From the human T2T-CHM13v2.0 reference genome, Homo sapiens: a stretch of DNA of 64,000 nucleotides. Where the stretch lies: assembly GCF_009914755.1 (NCBI RefSeq), contig NC_060927.1, one strand, 5' to 3'. Of this stretch, positions 40,041-51,330 are shown in pieces. The number at the start of each line of letters is the position of its first letter. Positions within the stretch are counted from its first letter, which is position 1. Below the pieces are notes generated by a model, which was not told the DNA's origin, made no database searches, and worked only from the letters and a program-made list of their open reading frames with translations. The position numbers were made by a program, and so were the translations under genes.

Positions 40041-40911
40041 AAAGTTAAACATTTTTTTAAAAATTTATACTATAAGAAGACAACTATTATTTAACTATAA
40101 TAATATTATTTGATGGGGTAATTACAGCAAGTTAGGGAAATAATCAAATACCACCTGCGATAGTCAAAATAATCAAATCTATGCACTTTATCAAAATTTT
40201 TAAATTAGCATAATTTACTGTTTTTATAAGAAAGGATTTTTTTCAAAGCATTATTTATACACACTACAGAGTATTCTTTATTTAGACATATCATGACTTA
40301 CCCTACTGTATCCCTCTTTCACAATAAATATCATTCTGCACAAATCATTATATTTGCTAGCAGTTTGGGTTATTAGTTTTTCCTTTCATTTAGAAAAATG
40401 GCTGTTGTATTTATTTAATATAACCAGCAAATATTCATTGCTTAGTTCTATTTTACTAATTTCTTTTATAAATATTATTATTCTGTTTTTCCATAAGTTT
40501 GACCTTTTTTTCTGACTTTCTATCTTAAATGCTCAGGTCACATATTTCTACTGGCTTTCATTTTAAAAAAATGTGTTTAAGGCCACAGCTATGTCATGGT
40601 TACACTGTTATGTTGTTCATTTCTAATATAATTCATTATGTTATATCCTGTTTATTATGTTTTGTTGTTAAATTTCTATATATTTTACAACTATCATTAT
40701 TTTACTCTTTTACCTGAGGGTACTTTACAATGACTAATTTTTCACACGACTCAAAAAAGTTTATAATTCTGACACTCCTGACCTATGACCACAGACAATG
40801 GGCATGAGATTTAAAATTATATTATATAACAAAAATGTGTCATTTTGATTTGATAGTAAATGTTTAATTTAACCTTTTCACCCTTAAACCCTATTTTATT
40901 TTGCTCTATTG

Positions 40912-41191
40912 TATTGCTCACTCCAAAGAAAGCGGTTGCCATGTTGTGTGGATTTGCAACCTACCAACAGTAAAATGAGAGGGCTTGGAAGCAGATTCCC
41001 CTGCAACTGAGCTTGAGATGACTCCAGACCTGGCCAGTACCTCGATTACAACCTTGTCAGTGACCCTGAGACAGAACCATTCAGCTAAACCACCCCAGGT
41101 GGTTATAGTCTGTGAGAAAAACAAATGTTTGTTGCTTCAAGCCACTAAGTTTTGGAGTAATGTATTACACAAGAAAGAGATAACTAGTATA
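40912..41191 (+). mobile_element. MaLR LTR fragment (MLT1F-like)
   Basis: gcttggaagcagattccc...gaccctgagacagaaccattcagctaa...ttcaagccactaagttttggagtaat...gataactagtata. Confidence 0.8.
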
Positions 41192-42404
41192 CATCTCATT
41201 TCTTTTCTACCAATATTAAATAATTAATAAAATTTCAAGTGACAAGGTAACACATAGGAAAAAGAGGGTATGGCTAAACCAAGATGTTTAAAACAAAATT
41301 ACGGTCAAGTCTCAATTGTGTATAAGTAAGGAAATAGAAAGTACTAATCTCTCCAGATATGATGATAAGAAACCTGGATATCTGTCCATGGGGTCAGGAA
41401 ATAAAAATCCAATGTTGAGAACCAAAGAAGATGAATGGAGTTAAATGAATAGTTTATGACTTCCCAAATGCAGTTCACCTGAACCAAGTTCATGGCCACG
41501 GCCCAACCTTCACCACCTTATACCTTATTGAGTTGTATCACAGAAGTGTCGTTGGCTTACTTGCAGACTGCTGATTGAAATCTGCTCTGCCGTCAAGCTT
41601 CAGGTTCATGGCAGTGCACTGTATTCCAATCTCTTTTGTCCTTACATGTATTTAACACGAGGAATTATGGTTTAAATTGAACCTAAAAGCTAAAATTTCT
41701 GTGACAGATATTTATTTAAAGCCAAATAAGAAATGCTATGCTCTGTCAAATCCTTTGGGAAGAATCTTCAAGAGAATTACATTTCCTGCTGTGTGTTTTA
41801 TCTCTTTCACAATACAAAAGATGGGACTTTTCCTTTTGGGGTGTTTTAAGATCTCTGACATCTGGTTTAGAAAGTGATGAACGTGCAACTTCAGTAATAT
41901 CTTGCTTTTGTCACAGGAAACATCAATAGACAGAACTATGCCTGTGACGTTCATACTAGTGCACTCTATCATAACAACATTTTTGTTAAAATTTGGACTT
42001 GGTCCTGTCACTTGACTTGTGGAGAATGGGTTATCTTGTTTCAAAAATCTTTGCCAACTATCAGTCATCATTAGTGAAAACATCTTTTTTCTGCCCCATA
42101 CTAATAATTCAATATACATACTTTCTCAATCACATCTTTGTTGTCTTGTTCCCCCTCATCCTCCTTTGCTCCAATTTTTCATTTTAGTATAGCTGTTCCA
42201 ATTTCTGGTGCCTTTTGAAAAATTGTCATAAAGCTTCCTGTCTCTCTGTTTTTATTCTCTGACCTTGGCTAACTGGAAGTCCTGAAACCTAAAACAGATA
42301 TTTTTACTTCTACTTGTAAAAAGACCACCTATGAATAACTATAAATGTATGATTATAAACAAGAGAGGCATTTGGGGAGACATTCCTTAGCAGACTCCTC
42401 TTAT

Positions 42405-42650
42405 AAAGCAGTGCAACATATTGCATAAGGGCTCAGGCTTTGGACACAGGTGGATATGGGCTTACGTTCTAGTTTTGCTATTTAACTGTGTGACCATGGG
42501 GAGAGTTCTGTATGTTCTCCAGGTATCAGGTTCCTTATATATTAAATGGTATTTGCCTAGAATATTACTTTGGGTTTTAGATATAATGATGTATGTAAAG
42601 TGTTTTTAAAAAGAGCTTGGAATATAATAAATGCTCAGAAATTATCAGCC
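42405..42650 (+). mobile_element. MIRb-like SINE
   Basis: aagggctcaggctttgga...actgtgtgaccatggg...gtatgtaaagtg...taaatgctcag. Confidence 0.8.
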
Positions 42651-42881
42651 CTACCTCTCCCAGGAAAGGCTGGTTTTGGTTATGCTATCATATCATAGGT
42701 TTTTCTACAATAATGAGATAGATAACTTTTTCTTTTATTGGATATAGAATGAAGAAATTTAGCCCACAAGACAAGCATATTAAGGGAATTATGTGGCCTT
42801 TTTAACAGGGTTTACTTCAGGTCCACAGCAGTATATGTGAACACACTGTTGACTGATAAGGGATGTAAAAACTACCTCTTA

Positions 42882-43190
42882 GGCCCGGTGCGGTTGCTCA
42901 CACATGTAATCCTAGCCCTTTGGGAGGCCAAGGCAGGTGGGTCACTTGAGGTCAGTAGTTCAAGACCAGCCTGGCCAACAAGGTGAAACGCCATCTCTAC
43001 TAAAAACACAAAAAATTAGCCAGGCGTGGTGGTTCCTGCCTGTAATCCCAGCTACTCAGAAGGCTGAAGCAGGAGAATCACGTGAACCCAGGGGGAGAGG
43101 TTGCAGTGAGCTGAGATCACGCCATTGCACTCCAGCCTGGAGGAAAAGAGTGAAACTCCATCCAAAAACAAAAAAACGAATAACAACAAC
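42882..43190 (+). mobile_element. Full-length AluS
   Basis: Both monomers; TSD ending acctctta on both sides. Confidence 0.93.
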
Positions 43191-43244
43191 AAAAAACACC
43201 TCTTATTAAGTTCCTGATCTATGTGAAGAAATGTATGATAGCCA

Positions 43245-43290
43245 TTAGATAGAAAGATAGATGATGATGATAGATGATAGATGGATAGAA
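43245..43290. repeat. Degenerate (GATA)n
   Basis: Seen directly. Confidence 0.8.
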
Positions 43291-43299
43291 AGAAATGGA

Positions 43300-43450
43300 G
43301 TCATGAGATCACAGAATTTGAAAAGTTAAGAAAGCTTAAATAATTGGTAATGCAACCCCTAATTTTACAGATGAAAGGAAAGATACGATGCTGAATTTGC
43401 AAGAACACAATTGTCTCAGATTCCTTTCTCATGTTATTTCCACTACACCA
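43300..43450 (-). mobile_element. MIR3-like fragment
   Basis: atcacagaattt...caacccctaattttacagatga...ttccactacacca. Confidence 0.6.
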
Positions 43451-43929
43451 AAATGTTGACTGCAGACATTTCCACAGAATCTTGCAAACAGCACCAAAGA
43501 ATTCATTTGCAACTATTTGTACAATGCAAAATATTTCAAGAATTTGAAATCGAAAGACCTCTTACAGAAGTTTATTGAAGATTGTTACTTTTTGATAAAG
43601 CAAAATATTTTGCCTAAACTAGATATACACCTGCATTTGAATCTATTTCATTGTCCTACCAGACAATAAATGGCCTTTGAAGGTAAAAATGGATTTACTA
43701 CTTAAAATCATTCAAGCATATGCAGTCAGAACTGTGGAAAGCAGTAAGTGCAGTTATCAAGTAAAATTCCCAAAGTGTATAACCTTCTCTCATCCAGCAT
43801 GTTAAGCCTTTTGGCAAAGTTTATTAGCATTTTAAAAACACTAAAATGAAAAATAAAGTCTCCCTACTTTTAGAATAAACTAAAATATACTGAATACCAA
43901 TGCTTCAGGAACTTTAAGAAACACTTTCA

Positions 43930-46382
43930 AAGGGGGAGGACACAGCCACGTGGAACAGCTCCCACACAGGGCCTGAGACAGTTGGCGTGCTTTTAACAGA
44001 TCTTCAGAGGGACGGTATTGAGAATGGACAGAGGGAAGACCCAGAAGCTAGACTGAAGGGGGAGAAAGCTGGAAACTCTGCACAAGGCTACTGTGCACCA
44101 GAACTCATTTTTGGACCATAACAGCACTAGGGGAATGGGTGAGTTGAATTGGTAAGGAGCAACCCACTCTTGCCACAGGCCTCTGGAACCCCAGCATGAG
44201 GAGACCCCTTGACTACCACTGACACATGAGTTGGCAGAGAGACCTGCTTAGAGAATTTGAAAAATTAAGAAACCTTAGAGAAGCGGTAGGGGCAGAAGCC
44301 AGCTGATGGGGAAATCAGAGGGTTTGGTGTGAGAACATCTGCAGCAGAGCATGTCCAGGGACAGTCATCTTCTTAGGCCCAAGTTGCTCCCACTGAGACT
44401 TCAGCCCTCGGGGAGCTGTTGGACCTGATCTCTGCAGGGTGGTCTTGCCCATCAGATGGGGCTGGTCAAATCTAAACATCCTTTGGTCTGCTGTCCTCTC
44501 CTGAGACCCCAGCCTGGCCATGGCTGCTTGCAGGGCAGTCTTGGGTACCCTTGGGGCCTGAACAATAGCTTCTGTGCTGGTTGACCATGACCAGTGGAGA
44601 ACTCCAGAGAGGCGGCCCCTATGGTGGTACATCAGCCAACCTGCTCCCTCCCCGTACTGCAGTTTCCCCTGTGACCGTGGTAACTCCCTACATTGCTTTG
44701 CTGGCACCTGTCTGCATAGGCAGGTTTGCTTTCCTTATCCCACCCAGGCAAAGGAGTTCAGTCTGCCCGCCCTTCCCTTACTGCCCTGCCATTGTAGACA
44801 AAGCCTTGGTGGGCACAGAGCCAGCAAGGCTCACCACCTTCCTTGTAATAACATTGCACAGAGAACAGCAGATCCTCCTCCACCCTGAGCAATCACTCCT
44901 GCTTGTGGGGTACAGAGAAAGCACCCAGACCTGAACTTGCCAGCACCTCACCCCGAAGCCAACACCACCTACAGCACAACCATGTGCAGTCTCCAGCATG
45001 GGCCCCTGCCAACCCAGCTGCATTGCCTCCACCACTGTGGTACATGCCTGCAGGGAGGCAGGCACTCTGGCACCCACTAGCACTCTACCATAGCTGCTGC
45101 ACCTCAGCTCCCTCAGTGCAATGAATTCCAAACCTCAAGGATCCAGATCCAAAGAACAAACTCAAGGCCCAAGTCCCCCAGATTTAGAGCACACAGTCCA
45201 GGAGTTGGGAGCTAAGGAATGACCACCTAAAGTCTCTCAGAAAGAAAGCCAGATGGCTGAATCCACCTTCTACTACAATCAAACCCTCAAGGTCACCAAA
45301 CAGGATAAAAGAAATAAAACCCATTTGAAGGTCAACAACCTCCAAGATTGAAGGTAGATAAGCTCTCAAAGATAAAAAAGAATCAGCAAGATAACTCTGA
45401 AAACTCAAAATGCTGGAGTGCCTTCTTTCCTCCAAATGACTGCATCACCTCTCCAGCAAGGGTTTTGAACTGAGCTGAGATGGCTGAAATGACAGTAATA
45501 GAAATCAGAATATGAATAAGAAAAAAGGTCATTGAGCTACAGGAGTATGTTGAAACCTAATGCAAGGAAAGTAAAAATTACGATAAAACAATGCAGGAAC
45601 TGACAGACAAAATACCCAGTATAGAAAAGAATATAACAGACCCAGCAGAGCTGAAAAACAGTACAAAAGTTTCATAATGTAATCACAAGTATTAATAGCA
45701 GAATAGAACAAGCAGAGAAAAGAATCCCAGAGCTTGAATACTGGCTTTCTGAAATAAGACAGCCTGACAAAAATAAATAAAAAAGGATGAAAAGGAACCA
45801 ACAAAACCTCCAAGAAATATGAGATTATGTAAAGAGACCAAATCTTCAACTCATTGGTGTCCCTGAAAGAGATGGGGGAGAATGCCAACTTGGAAAACAT
45901 ATTTCAGGATATCATCCATGAGAACTTCCCCAGCCTAGCTAGAGAGGCCAATATTCAACTTCAGGAAATACAGAGAACTCCAGTAAGTTACTTCACAAGA
46001 AGATCATCCCAAGACACATAATTATCAGAGTTAAAATGAAAGAAACATCAGCTGGCTTCTGCCCCTACCGCTTCTCTAAGGTTAGTCAAATGTTAAAGGC
46101 AGCTAGAGAGAAAGGTCAGCTCACCTACAAAGAAATTTCATGTTCATGGGTAGGAAGAATCAGTATCATTAAAATGGTCCTACTGCCCAAAGCAATTTAT
46201 AGATTCAATGCTGTTCCTATTAAACTACCATTGAGAGGAGGAAGGAGAGGATCAGAAAAAAATAACTAATGGATACTAGACTTAATACCTGGGTGATGAA
46301 ATAACCTGTATAACAAACTCCCATGACACAAGTTTACCTGTATAACAAACACACACATACCCCTTAACTTAAAAGTTAAATA
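43930..46382 (+). mobile_element. L1PA13-15-like element, both termini present, collapsed and rearranged
   Basis: 5'UTR and ORF1 to 46132, ORF2 sliver 46133-46234 ([31 protein letters not shown]), 3'UTR 46235-46382; 14-bp TSD aaga(a/c)acactttca at 43916-29 and 46383-96. Confidence 0.92.
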
Positions 46383-47222
46383 AAGACACACTTTCACATA
46401 CATCATCTTAATCTCATGACTCTAAAAAGCTAGTGGAAATCTTTATTTAACTGATGATGAATTTAAGGTTCACAAAATTAAGTTACTGATCTACAATCAC
46501 ATAAATATAAATGATAAATATAAATATAAATCACATAAAAATAAAAATATAAATAAGAGAGCCAGGTCTCCAACCTGAGTCTCAATTCCAAATGCCATAC
46601 ATTTGACTATAATTATTTCAGAAAGCCTCTTGAATTTTTGGTTTATGTGTTTGTTTTACCACAGAAAGTCAATATTAGAGAATGTTCAGCAAAATGGAAA
46701 CAAATTTAATATGATCCTATTACCTGGAATAACTTTTCTATTTTTCATGTGTTCCCCAATGATATTTATCCAAAAGCATTCATAATTTTACACAGCTCTA
46801 ATCCCAGTGTGTGTTAATTTTTATTAAGATTTTGACTTACTTAACATGCTACCATGATTTTACATATGCTTTTTGCTATTTTCATGATTGTATAATATTT
46901 AATTACTTCATTGGACAGTGATTCATTCTAGTTTCCACTAATATTGGATAATTAATACAGTAAAAAACAATTTTGTACATATAGCTTTCTACTTTTGTTT
47001 CAATATTTCTTTATGCTACATTTCCAAGAAATTAAGACTCCTGAATTAAGAGCAGATTTTTAAATGTCTTTTTATAGTATCGACAGCTTGCTTTCCAAAT
47101 GCATTATATAAATTTACAGTGTATTATTGCATTTGGTGTTCATAACACCCCACAATCACAAAGTTCTAGTGAACCCACGATTTTTGGGAATTTAGCGAGA
47201 TTCACAGTAAGTACAAGGTAAG

Positions 47223-47582
47223 TGTATTAATCTGTTTTGTGTTGCTGTAACAGAACACCACGCACTGGGTAATCAATAAAGAACAGAAATTTATTAGCTT
47301 ACCAGTCTGTAGGCTGGAAAGTCCAAAGTCAAAAGGCCAGTATCTAGTGAAGGCCCTATTGGTAAGTCCACCCCATGGTGGAAGGCAGAAGAGCAAAAGG
47401 GGGCAAGAGAGAGAGCAATAGGGAGTAAATCCACTTTCATGATAAGGAACACAATCCTGTGATAATGGCATGGTCTATTCATGATCTAATCACCTCTTAT
47501 AGGTCCTACCTCTTCATACGGTTACAATGACAATTAAATTTCAATGTGGGTTTTGGAGGGGACAAACATTCAAATTATCACA
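47223..47582 (-). mobile_element. MaLR solo LTR (MSTC/MSTD-like)
   Basis: tgtattaatctgttttgtgttgctgtaacagaacaccac...aggctggaaagtccaa...gatctaatcacctctta...ttttggaggggacaaacattcaaattatcaca. Confidence 0.87.
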
Positions 47583-47829
47583 GTTACCTTATTAAGCTTC
47601 TAACTAAATGAGGGTACCAACAATCTTCAGAGGCCACACTTTTCAATCAAACCAGAACTTGTTTCCAATGTAGAAAGAATGCAGTACATTCTGAGAAAGA
47701 TGGATCGACAGGTAACTCTGTCATATTCTTTCTTACTGGTGTTCCTTTCCTATAATAGCCAACAATGATGAGAGTAAGAAAAGGAAAAACAGGGCAACTT
47801 ATAGTTCCTTTTTTTTTCAGTCCTTCCTT

Positions 47830-48080
47830 ACTCATAAGTAAGCTAAAGATAGTGTTGACAGAATGTGCAAGTGTCAAGAAATGAAATAAAAACAGCTAAT
47901 TAAGGTTGTGCATGATTTCCACTCTTTGGGTGAGAATAAAAAAAGTTCATGTATGAACTATGAAATACAGACTGTTCAAATTTGTGATTCTGCATATAAA
48001 CGAAATGTTTTTATATTTGCATATAAAACTGGCATTTTGCAATTTAAACAGTAAAGTTCACGCTAATAATATAAAAATTT

Positions 48081-48116
<36 letters not shown>

Positions 48117-48293
48117 TAGAGCAACATTAAATAGCAAACGTGAAACACCACGGCAAGTCAAGAGACAGACCATGGAATGGAAAAAAAAGCTTTATATTTT
48201 AGTACTTTAGTGGCACCTTTTTCCTGCTTTTTGAACAAGGAGCTCCACATTTTCATTTTGCACCGAGCCCTGCAAATGATGTAGCTGGCCGTG
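47830..48293. mobile_element. hAT-Tip100 relic (MER45B/Zaphod-like)
   Basis: Terminus tttttgaacaagg...cattttcattttgcac...gcaaatgatgtagctggcc; left boundary uncertain. Confidence 0.75.
48083..48113. repeat. Pure T31 homopolymer
   Basis: Seen directly. Confidence 0.97.
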
Positions 48294-48301
48294 TCTTTAA
48301 G

Positions 48302-48963
48302 TATTGAGAAGCTGTCAAGTTTATAGTGGTGGATACACATTTTCAAACTTCTGATTTTAACTGAAAAGCTCAAATTTTATCATTGGCCACAAATACTGTC
48401 AGTTTTGTTCCTTGAAGTGACAAGCTCACTTCACCCTTTTTTGAGAAAATGTCTGCCAAATTCCCTAGTCTGAATAACCAGTTTCCTTCAAGAAAAAAAA
48501 TAACATTTCATGAAAAAAAGGGGCCAGTTCAGCTCTCAACAATGCCACAGCCATACAACTACCCTTTCAATGTAGCAGAAATGCTTTATGCATACTTCCT
48601 ACTTACACATAATATTAAAAAGACATGTAACCAAAGATCAAGATTTAATAAAAATTCATAATTTTAATGCTTCTTCCAATACATTTGTAAGTAAAACTTG
48701 CTTTTTTTTTTTCTGTATGTGCTTGGCAACAAAGAATACAATGTCTACCAGTATCGTTTTTTTTTTCCACATTGCCTTGATTCATGCTATATATCTAGCA
48801 GTTTTCCCTATGATGGTATATGCATTATCTGTGCAAATGTCAACACAGCAAAAAATATAAATAATTTTTAGTATTATTATGAAAATAATTTTGATTTCAT
48901 AGACCTCCAAAAAGGTTCTCAGAGGCCTCCAGATGTCCATAGGTCATACTTTGAGAATCACTA
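48302..48963. mobile_element. Charlie1(a)-like hAT DNA transposon fragment
   Basis: gtgcaaatgtcaacacag...tagtattattatgaaaata...catactttgagaatcact terminus. Confidence 0.8.
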
Positions 48964-50028
48964 CATTAGCTAATTCATTGTAACAGGGAGAATAAAATAA
49001 ACCAAAGAAAAGTAATTTGTATTTAAAACAAAATTTTAAATTATGCTTTACTAATATGTAATATACAAATGGACACTGGCATCATCATTTTTGCATGTCA
49101 AATGCCTATTAATCATATATAATAGATAAAATATCCCAGGGGAAGAATAAGATTTCCTCAACCCCAAAATGTTGACAGATTACTCATTTGTTCTTTCATA
49201 TTTTGATTTATCATGTCAAGTGGATTGCCAAAATTATGCATTTCTGCTAATCCTCACAAAAGTGGTCACATGATTTTCAAATATTTATGCAAGAAAACAA
49301 GGGGCTACAAATAATAGAGCACAAGAAAATAAAAATAAAATGGCAAAACCAGCACTTCTACTCCTGAAGTGAGCTCTTTGTCGGTCACATTCTTAGGTAA
49401 GAATCAGTGATGAACTCATCAGCGATAACAAGAAGCCAGTCAAAAGTGTTGAAAATTATCAAAAAGATGATTTGATAATAAATGATCAATCTAACCCTAA
49501 AAAGTGTACAGTGTAACTTGTACACACTTAAGACAGTAACACATATATACATAAATAATTATTAAAAAATAAAATTATGTAAATAAAATGAAAAGTACTG
49601 TCAATTATGACTCCACTAGAAACTAAAGTTATTATTAATCTAGTTATACACACATGAGATTGATAAAGAAGAAAGATGTGAGGGTGAAATTTATGTGTCA
49701 ACTTGACAGGGCTGAGGACACCCAGATATCTGGTATAATGTTATTTCTGAGTGTGTCTGTGAGAGTATTTTTGGAAGAGATTTGCATTTGAGTCAGTAAA
49801 CTGAGTAAAAAAGATGCACCCTCACCAATGTAAGTGGGTATCATCCAATCCATTGAGGGCCCAAGTAGAACAACAATGCAGAGGCAGAGGAAATTCTTTC
49901 ACTCTCTTTTTGAGCTGGGAGCTCTTCTCAAGCCGTCTTCTCTCAGCCTTAGACATCATAGTTCCTGGATCTCCACCCTTCAGACTTTAGAATTTATACC
50001 ATCAGTTCTACTGCTTCTCTGGCCTTGG

Positions 50029-50772
50029 TGTGTCCAGAATTGGTTCCTTCCAGTGGGTTCTTGGTCTCGCTGACTTCAAGAATGAAGCCGCGGACCCTCG
50101 TGGTGAGTGTTACAGTTCTTAAAGATGGTGTGTCTGGAGTCTGTTCCTTCAGATGATCAGAGTTTCTTCCTTCTGGTGGGTTCGTGGTCTTGCTGACTTC
50201 AGGAGTGAAGCCACAGGCCTTTACAGTGAGTGTTACAGCTCTTAAAGGTGTCACATCCAGAGTTGTTTGTTCCTCTCAGTGGGTTCGTTGTCTCGCTGAC
50301 TTCAGGAATGAAGCCGCAGACCCTCGTGGTGAGTGTTACAGCTCATAAAGGTAGTGTGTACCCAAAGACTGAGCAGCAGCAAGATTTATTGTGAAGAGTG
50401 AAGGAACAAAGCTTCCACAGAGTGGAAGGGGACCCAAGCGGGTTGCTGCTACTAGCTTGGGTGGCCAGTTTTTATTCCCTTATTTGGCCCCACCCACATC
50501 CTGCCGATTGGTCCATTTTACAGGGTGCTGATTGGTCCATTTTACAGAGTGTTGATTGATGCATTTACAAACCTTTAGCTAGACACAGAGTGCTGATTGG
50601 TGCGTTTTTACCGAGTGCTGATTGGTGCATTTAAAATCCTTTAGCTAGACACAGAGTGCTGATTGGTGCATTTTTACAGAGTGCTGATTGGTGCATTTAC
50701 AATCCTCTAGCTAGACAGAAAAGTTATCCAAGTCCCCACTGGACCCAGAAGCCCAGCTGGCCTCACCTCTCA
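50029..50772 (-). mobile_element. LTR12-family (HERV9) solo LTR
   Basis: Minus strand starts tgagaggtgaggccagctggg and ends accaattctggacaca; six CCAAT boxes, three U5 repeats; 4-bp TSD ttgg/ctgg. Confidence 0.93.
50465..50700 (-). promoter_or_regulatory. LTR12 U3 promoter: CCAAT (NF-Y) array plus AATAAA TATA-like box
   Basis: ATTGG at 50507, 50531, 50596, 50621, 50662, 50687; tttatt at 50471; activity not shown by sequence. Confidence 0.55.
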
Positions 50773-50949
50773 CTGGGACTCAGACTGAATTATACCACTG
50801 GCCTTTTTTCATCTCCAGCTTGCAGGTGGCATGCTGTGAGATTTCTTGGCCTCAATAATCACATGAGCCAATTATCATAATAAATCTCCTCTTAAATATC
50901 TATATACATCCTATTGGTTCTGTCTTTCTGGAGAACACTAGCTAATACA

Positions 50950-51330
50950 GTAAAGTACTCTAACTGAAAACTAACCAAAGGAAAACAAAAGACTGGTAAA
51001 ATAATACTAATATTAGACAAAATAGATTTAAGAAAAATTATTAAAAATACAGAATAGCATAAAATTATAATAAAAAGCCCACAAGGAATATATAGTAATC
51101 ATAGATGTGTACCATTGAAGATATATTCTTGAAATGTATGAAGCAAAATTAACATTATGGAGAAATAGACAAGTCCACAAGTAAAAAATAAATTAGATTT
51201 TCAGATTCTCTTTCTGAAATTTGTAGATAAATCAGCTAAAAATAATTAAGGACATAGAAAAAGTGACCTACACTATTAGTAAGAAAGTGTTTATAAATTT
51301 TACAATATCCAATAAAGTTAGATACATTTT
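50950..51330 (+). mobile_element. Ancient L1M ORF2 fragment (probable host of the MLT2)
   Basis: actaaccaaagg...atactaatattagacaaaatagattt...atgaagcaaaatt...ggagaaatagacaagtccaca. Confidence 0.65.

Larger units (their letters stand above)
49677..50949 (+). mobile_element. ERVL solo LTR (MLT2C/D-like), split by LTR12
   Basis: tttatgtgtcaacttgac...ccctcaccaatg...catccaatccattgagggcc; resumes after 50772 with ctccagcttgcag...aataaatctcc...ctaataca. Confidence 0.88.

Noticed and set aside
41736-42119. 127-aa minus-strand ORF in apparently unique sequence, and a nearby gcaa|gtaagc donor at about 41550
   Set aside because: No recognisable domain or matching acceptor; an ORF of this length can occur by chance in 64 kb across six frames.
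46120-46245. Splicing (a spliced integrated L1) as the cause of the L1 internal deletions
   Set aside because: The junctions do not fall at GT..AG boundaries: the in-window paralogue continues tacaaag with gc, not gt. A formal consensus alignment is still needed.
46495-46556. Repeated aatcacataaa / ataaat units
   Set aside because: Low-complexity AT-rich slippage; no further structure.
47215-49401. Isolated strong donors (aag|gtaagt at about 47217, tag|gtaaga at about 49396)
   Set aside because: Such hexamers are frequent in AT-rich DNA and have no convincing paired acceptors.
50060-50700. Regularly spaced direct repeats that look array-like
   Set aside because: These are the normal U5 and CCAAT tandem repeats of LTR12, not a CRISPR or novel array.
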